From Selaginella moellendorffii (Eukaryota; Plantae; Lycopodiophyta), in NCBI RefSeq assembly GCF_000143415.4, contig NW_003314421.1, forward strand, positions 81,524 through 145,523: a stretch of 64,000 nt of DNA, in the 5' to 3' direction. The position numbers and the translations under genes were made by a program. Below are positions 63,187 through 64,000 of this stretch, in pieces (position 1 is the stretch's first letter; the number at the start of each line of letters is the position of its first letter). Under the pieces are notes generated by a model. The model was not told the origin of the DNA and did not search any database. It worked only from the letters and a program-made list of their open reading frames with translations.

Positions 63187-64000
63187 ACTCCCACGTGTCA
63201 TGTGTTGGTCCTTTTGGGTCCCTTTTTGGAGCCTCGCCTTTTGCTCGCTTCGTGCTCGTTCCTCGAGCACTTCGTTGGGAGTTCCACTCCCTCTCTTGAC
63301 TTTTCAAGTCGGAGCTTTTGGTCCAAACGTGTTACGCTCGTTTGGCTCTCACTTCGGCCACTACCATGTGGCGCCCTTCCAGCTCCCCTTTGGGGCCTAG
63401 GGATTTTGTGTCTCACAATATCATCCTAAATGTCATCGACGAGGACCATCATATAGAGTTCTCTGGCTATCGACACCGTTCACCAAAGGCCATACAAATC
63501 CTCCTAGAGTTGTTTTGTCCTCCTAAGGGGATTATGCTTGATGCTACAGCAAGTTTTGGTTTGATGGTGTTAGCGGCTAAAGAGACTGGGCATGCAGTTT
63601 TTGCACTAGAGAAGGAGAGTGCATTTGAAGGTGTTCTTGGGACATTTCATAATAGGTGATAATAAAGTATAAATTTCTCCTTATAGTAATTCCATCATGG
63701 TTGTGTATATTAGGTGAATCAATGATGTGGGCTATAATTTGCCATGTTATGTAGAAACAATGGCACAAGCTCATATAGAACAAGAGCCCATAGTTAGAGA
63801 GCATAATACTATATAAACTCCTCCTTTTGTGGATGTGGATGCCGAGGAAGACTAAGTTTAGTTGTTTCTTTAGTCAAATTTTTTAGTGGTAATATAGAGT
63901 TTCTTCTTTGACTTATGATATTTATTTTCTTATTAGACTTATATTATTTAGCTTTTTCTTGGACTGAAAATATGTTTTAAGTTTTGAATAGAATTGTTGG

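Larger units (their letters stand above)
55643..63417 (-). mobile_element. Young non-autonomous LTR element (LARD-like), 7.8 kb
   Basis: 1814-bp LTRs 55643-57456 and 61604-63417 (TG…CA), almost identical. 5-bp TSD ATATC (55638-55642, 63418-63422). PBS TGGTATCGGAGC (rc 61589-61600). PPT-like rc of 57457-57468. No recognisable long internal ORF. Confidence 0.93.
52655..63856 (+). pseudogene. ParB-like/methyltransferase-like gene, MULE B copy (5' truncated, split by LTR element at 55642/63423)
   Basis: Homologous to 35085-38497; IIDGNH*, GIDLAFFDLPNG, LLELFCPPKGIMLDATASFG. Confidence 0.78.
51397..64000 (-). mobile_element. Mutator-like element B (second copy of 19148-38749), runs past the window end
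   Basis: Terminus GAGCTAAGGTTGGTTTTGAGCTCA aligns with 19148; colinear homology through the SWIM and ParB/MTase genes to 64000 (equivalent to ~38642). Confidence 0.85.

Overview
Eukaryotic, almost certainly land-plant DNA (TTTAGGG-type telo-boxes, Met-tRNA-primed LTR elements, 5S rRNA-like copy). The very short ~50-nt GT-AG introns suggest a lycophyte such as Selaginella, but this is inference. The window is a stack of nested transposons with no confidently identifiable host gene. (1) Two inverted copies of a ~13-14 kb TIR DNA transposon (67-13625 and 20165-33083; 24-bp TIRs, distinct 4-bp TSDs ATCA and GTTG). It encodes a Sola-like DDE transposase, a multi-exon ParB-like/methyltransferase-like protein and an FCP1/NIF-type HAD phosphatase. 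About 30 copies of a 22-bp palindrome, ATGGCRTG-(W)GGCC(W)-CAYGCCAT, are scattered across it, many placed one per tiny intron. (2) Two copies of a Mutator-like element (19148-38749 with a 9-bp TSD; 51397 to beyond the window end) with GCM/SWIM transposase remnants, a second unrelated ParB-like plus beta-class amino-methyltransferase-like gene, and (in the first copy) a tandem hairpin array. (3) Two Ty3/gypsy copies, a very young non-coding LTR element with 1.8-kb LTRs, a degraded L1-type LINE and a 5S-like sequence. The best candidate for an undescribed system is a transposon-borne ParB-like/MTase-fold protein paired with element-specific palindromic sites hidden in introns.
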